Part shown: piece by piece, positions 59,831 to 64,000 of the stretch
How the letters are laid out: each line of letters begins with the position of its first letter
How positions within the stretch are numbered: the first letter of the stretch is position 1
DNA from: Fistulifera solaris
Lineage: Eukaryota
Assembly: GCA_030295235.1 (NCBI GenBank)
Contig: AP026164.1
Coordinates: forward strand, 372,001 to 436,000
DNA length: 64,000 nt
Reading direction: 5' to 3'
Program-made: the position numbers and the translations under genes
The notes under the pieces: model-generated
Told to the model about the DNA's origin: nothing
What the model saw: only the letters and a program-made list of their open reading frames with translations
Database searches by the model: none

Positions 59831-62287
59831 TTATAAGATAAAGGATTCTTCGTGTAAAGAAATCTTCTCAGGGCCACATCGAGGTAGGTTGGTGCACCCA
59901 GAATTTTGTCCAACAACCAGCTTCACATTTTCTACAAGTGATTCGGGTCCGCATAAAAACACGCCTGGGCGCTTCCCTTGATCCAAACACCGAAGTAATT
60001 GCCTCACGTCCGGGCGCCCTTTGTTGACTTCTAAAGTCACCCTTTCGTTAGACGTTGAAGCCGAGGCTGTTTCGTCGATCGAAGATTCCTCAGTAGAATG
60101 TGCATTGTGCAGCTTATTAATCATTTCGAAAGATTCTCCATCGTTCGGCTTGTCAAGTGAGGTGAACGTTACAGGAACTGCCATGAAATCTTCTTCCGAA
60201 TCAAGCCAGAAAAAATATCTTTTGGCAAGATTCGCCGCGATTGCAGTAACAAGCGCCAGCATTACGACGAGCGCAGGACTGAGAAGTCGTGTCGAGATGC
60301 TTTGATCTGTCTGTACGTGCCTGTAAAAGAACCAGACGACCCACAGTCCGGCTACCGAATTGGTGGCAATGGAAATAAAAGGAAGTAGGTTGCCTTTGTA
60401 AGTGCGTTTTGACAATGGTGCAAACTTCGTAGGAGAAAATGGTACTCCTGCCATGATCGTTTCACGGCTCTCTGTATCATCTATACAGTCCATCTCTTGC
60501 ATTAAGGCACCGCCTAGTGCAGATTCCTGCCCTTCACTCAAAAATCTGTCATTCTTATCACTGATAGCCTCTGGATCGTCATTCAACTCTGCCGAATCTG
60601 CTGTCCCAGTAAGATGCACCGCCAAAGTCATTGACACGCCCGCTGAAGCTCCACGCGCAAGGAGAGGATTAAAGAATACCTGCTTCACATACTTGAATAG
60701 AGTCTCCTCACGACATATCCAGTGAAGTACGACTTTCTTTGTTATGCCCCGATTTTGGTTCATTGAATCGGAAACTTTGTGCAATAAGGACAGAAACGGA
60801 GTTATACCAACCCCTCCCGCCACAAGAACGGCAACATCGTGTTGCAGCACCTGGCTAGTGCGACATGATGATCCATAAAAGCCGTCGATCGTCAACGACG
60901 GTCGCGTTTTGCTGCCCGGATGCCCGTTTCTTTTCTTGTCCGCTGTGGGTATTCGGCCGTCAAGGAGAGAGCTGGCTAACTGAGTAGTGAATTTACCCGT
61001 CGACCGAAAAATAATACACAATTGGTTGGGCTGACCAGGAACAGGGTTAATAGTGAATGGATGCGATATGGCTTGAGCTATTAACGGAGCTGTGACTCGC
61101 ACATATTGTCCTTTTCAACAGTGTGGCGTGTGAGCTGCACTTGGCAGCCAACATGGTTCCAATGACAAGTCTTACCTGCACGATAACGCGATAGCGCTGA
61201 ATCACTAGCTTCAATTGTCAAGACAGTGCAAGCTCGCCTGTCATCCATGGAAACAATCTGTTGCACCGAAAGAATTCTCGTCCCTCCTTGCCTTTGGATC
61301 ATGTACTTCTCTAAATAAACAGGGACACTGGACGCCAGATAGTACAATATCCCTCCAGCCAAATACGGCATGGCACGTTTGTAGTGGCAGATTACCATCA
61401 AGAACGCCAGTGGTCCCGAAATGATGTGGATCCGGTAAAAGATTGAGTAGTAAGGGCGGCGCACATTGTTGAGACTCGTCAGAGCGATTGCAAGAAAAGC
61501 AGAAGAAGCCAGAACACCCGTAAAATTTCGAAACCGAGAGTAACAAGTACAATCAATGTTTTGGCAAGTCGGCGTAAAGTCTGTATCACGCAATGTCCAA
61601 CAACCCGCCGGTGGTACAATGAGACGAAGAATGCTTGCTTCTTGTATATATTTCCATCGATACATATAGAGACTACCATGAATCACCGCCGCGGAAATCA
61701 ATAAACGGCCAGCCCATATGTGTAGACGAACAGCACTCACTGGATCCCATCCCATAATACTCAGAATAGCACTATGCTTCGTCGTAGGGATGAGTAAGAA
61801 AACGGACATGAGAATGACGGCAACCATCCCAAAAGAATCGGCTGCTTCGGCCACGGCTGCTCCAAATGCATCCGGATCGGTCGAATCAATATCCTTCAAG
61901 TGCCGATGCAGAGAAGAAGCAAGGTATTTAAAGGATGGCAAAAGACCAAGACGAATGCCAGCACATTGAAGTTTGGGTCTTTCTTAGGGGCATGAAACCA
62001 TGTGAGTGTACAGCGTGCTAGAACTTGAATACGGGCCGGAATCTGATGCGGAAGGGCAACTCCCCTGTGTAACGCCATTCCATCCGGTACATTTTGCTTT
62101 CCCAATAAGAGAATACTGCATGCAGCTATCAATAACGGACATGCAATTGCGACGAAAGGAAGTCCTCCTTTTTGTCGAGAAATATATAAAATGCCAAATC
62201 CTGAAATAAAGTCACATTCGAAAAGATGAGAAAGGACAAAGTCCAGAGACAGCAAGCGAGAGTTATAGCAAGAGCAGCAGCGTTCAT
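59831..62287 (-). CDS. Ferric reductase-like (FRE/NOX family) transmembrane flavocytochrome
   Basis: Heme His pairs (LHIWAGR...IHG; IHI...ICH), HPFT (FAD), IDGFYG, VAGGVGITPF (NADPH), CGP and terminal EESF. Intron about 61109-61175; 5' frameshifts make the start approximate. Confidence 0.88.
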
Positions 62288-62908
62288 GATAGATTCTTGG
62301 AGGAAAATAAAAATCCGATCTCAAATTTCAACTCGTCCGCAAAAAGCAGATTATCTTGATGGCGCCTAAATAGAGGGATCGGACGTGCGCTCTCTATAAG
62401 CTATTGGCAATGTTCTGAGTTTTGAGACGAATGAACAAGTTGTGATGTATTAGGCGGCACATCATGATCAGCAATGAGACCGTCGCATGTCAAAGAAAAG
62501 GTGCACACTTAAATTTCTTTTATCGCACGTGTTTCGCACGTGTTTGCCACGAGCTTAAAAGCATTTGTTTAGCGTTTAAGAATTCCGGATTCCAACTTCG
62601 ATGTGGGTCCAACCTTCGTACGTTCGGAATTTGGGACCTACCTCAATAAATACTTTGTATCATGTCCATTTTCATTTCACACCATGGCGGTGGTGATGAC
62701 AACGGTGATACAGGATCATAACAATACCATTTTCTCTTGCGAATCTATTTCAATCATAAAGACCTACCTGATTCCTTACAGTTAACCTGCAACCCTTGTT
62801 ATTGCGTGTTTGGGTTGATCTACTGTGACGAAAACCGCCGTTCATTTATTGCGCCGCTTCTCCACAAACGCGTCAACTTGCTTGAGTTGTTCAACAGATC
62901 AAAGCATC

Positions 62909-63923
62909 ATGGAACGATATCAACGGCTAGAAAAGGCCGGAGAGGGAACATATGGTGTGGTCTACAAGGCAAAAGACAGAGTCACAGGAGAAATTGTCGC
63001 TTTGAAAAGATTCGTCTCGAAGCAGAAGACGAAGGGATACCCTCAACTGCTATTCGAGAAATATCATTACTGAAAGAACTTCAGCATCCGAATATTGTTC
63101 GCCTGTATGATGTGGTTCATACCGAGAGAAAATTGACACTTGTCTTTGAGTTTCTAGATCAAGATTTGAAAAAGTATCTCGACATATGCGACACGGGTCT
63201 GAGCTTACCGATTCTCAAGTCCTTTTTGTATCAGCTGCTGACCGGCGTGGCTCATTGTCATCACCATCGAATATTGCACAGAGATTTGAAACCGTAAGTC
63301 TTGGCTGTTTTGATTGAAAGGAAAATGCCACGGAGATAGTTGTACCAGCTCGATCGTTTATGTATGACTACGTACTCATTTGTGCTAACCGCCCCTCTGC
63401 CTCCGTAAATAATCCTGCGAACAGTCCCAACTTACTCATTAATCGCGAAGGACAACTAAAATTGGCAGATTTCGGTTTAGCAAGGGCTTTTGGTATCCCT
63501 GTACGATCGTATACCCACGAAGTGGTTACTTTATGGTATCGTGCACCAGATGTTTTAATGGGGAGCCGCAGATACTCGACCCCGGTCGATATCTGGAGTG
63601 TTGGGTGCATCTTTGCAGAAATGGCGAATGGGCGACCCTTGGTAGCGGGGACTTCCGAAGCGGATCAACTTGATCGTATATTCCGATTGTTAGGGACGCC
63701 TTCCTTACAAGATTATCCAGGAATTGTTGATCTACCGGATTATTCACCGGACATGCCACCCTATCCCCCACCTCGACAGGGTTTAGCATCTCTAGTTCCT
63801 TCTTTGGGTCCAGATGGTGTCGATCTTTTGTCAAAAATGTTGCAATATGACCCAGCGAGACGTATTACAGCGCAACAAGCACTCGAGCATCCTTTCTTCT
63901 ATGATATGACAGGTCGACGTTGA
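62909..63923 (+). CDS. CDKA1: Cyclin-dependent kinase A (PSTAIRE type)
   Basis: [43 protein letters not shown] and [13 protein letters not shown]. Intron about 63294-63424; 1-bp deletion at the A-run near 63005. Confidence 0.93.
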
Positions 63924-64000
63924 CAAATAATCAAGTTAAATTACAGCACTTATACATCTTGCCCACAAACTTTCAATATCTTGCGGTGAAAGGGGCTTTA

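Noticed and set aside
57667..63923. Pseudogenes or programmed ribosomal frameshifting in GlnRS, CDKA1 and others
   Set aside because: These are essential genes with intact motifs. The breaks I checked are single missing bases in homopolymers, with no common slippery-site or stop context, so sequencing error is far more likely.
1..64000. tRNA, rRNA or telomeric repeats
   Set aside because: No convincing cloverleaf, rRNA-like segment or telomere array was seen by eye. tRNAscan-SE or Infernal would be needed to exclude small RNAs.

Overview
Gene-dense eukaryotic nuclear DNA, almost certainly from a (pennate) diatom. Supporting signs are short GT-AG introns, bipartite signal+ASA-F plastid presequences, RXL pro-peptide motifs, an aureochrome 1c and diatom-expanded trypsin, RING, PPR, HSF and kinase families. 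About 34 protein-coding genes are supported. They include Derlin, two trypsins, two TM-RING-H2 ligases, two PPR proteins, AUREO1c, a PLGG1/LrgB transporter, class II CPD photolyase, a secreted 5x CBM6 protein, an SDR, an ShKT-prolyl 4-hydroxylase, CWC24, HSF, LCB1, a kinase, a Prune/PPX1 homolog, DUF177, a Sen1-like helicase, CENP-S, Mpv17, GlnRS, a ferric reductase and CDKA1. Many genes, including essential ones, are split by 1-bp deletions in homopolymer runs, which most likely reflects an unpolished long-read assembly. The most notable element is a 1352-bp TTAA-flanked piggyBac derivative (8268-9619) with bipartite palindromic ends. It carries a CCHC zinc knuckle and the start of a DEDD 3'-5' exonuclease joined to the transposase C-terminus, implying an unusual exonuclease-carrying parent element. 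Other signals are an 11-copy 34-bp palindrome-containing minisatellite, recurrent intergenic GGTACC clusters, a conserved TGACTG-N5-CAGTCA upstream element, and a GlnRS with a CysRS-type C-terminal appendix. All calls come from reading the sequence; no searches were run.
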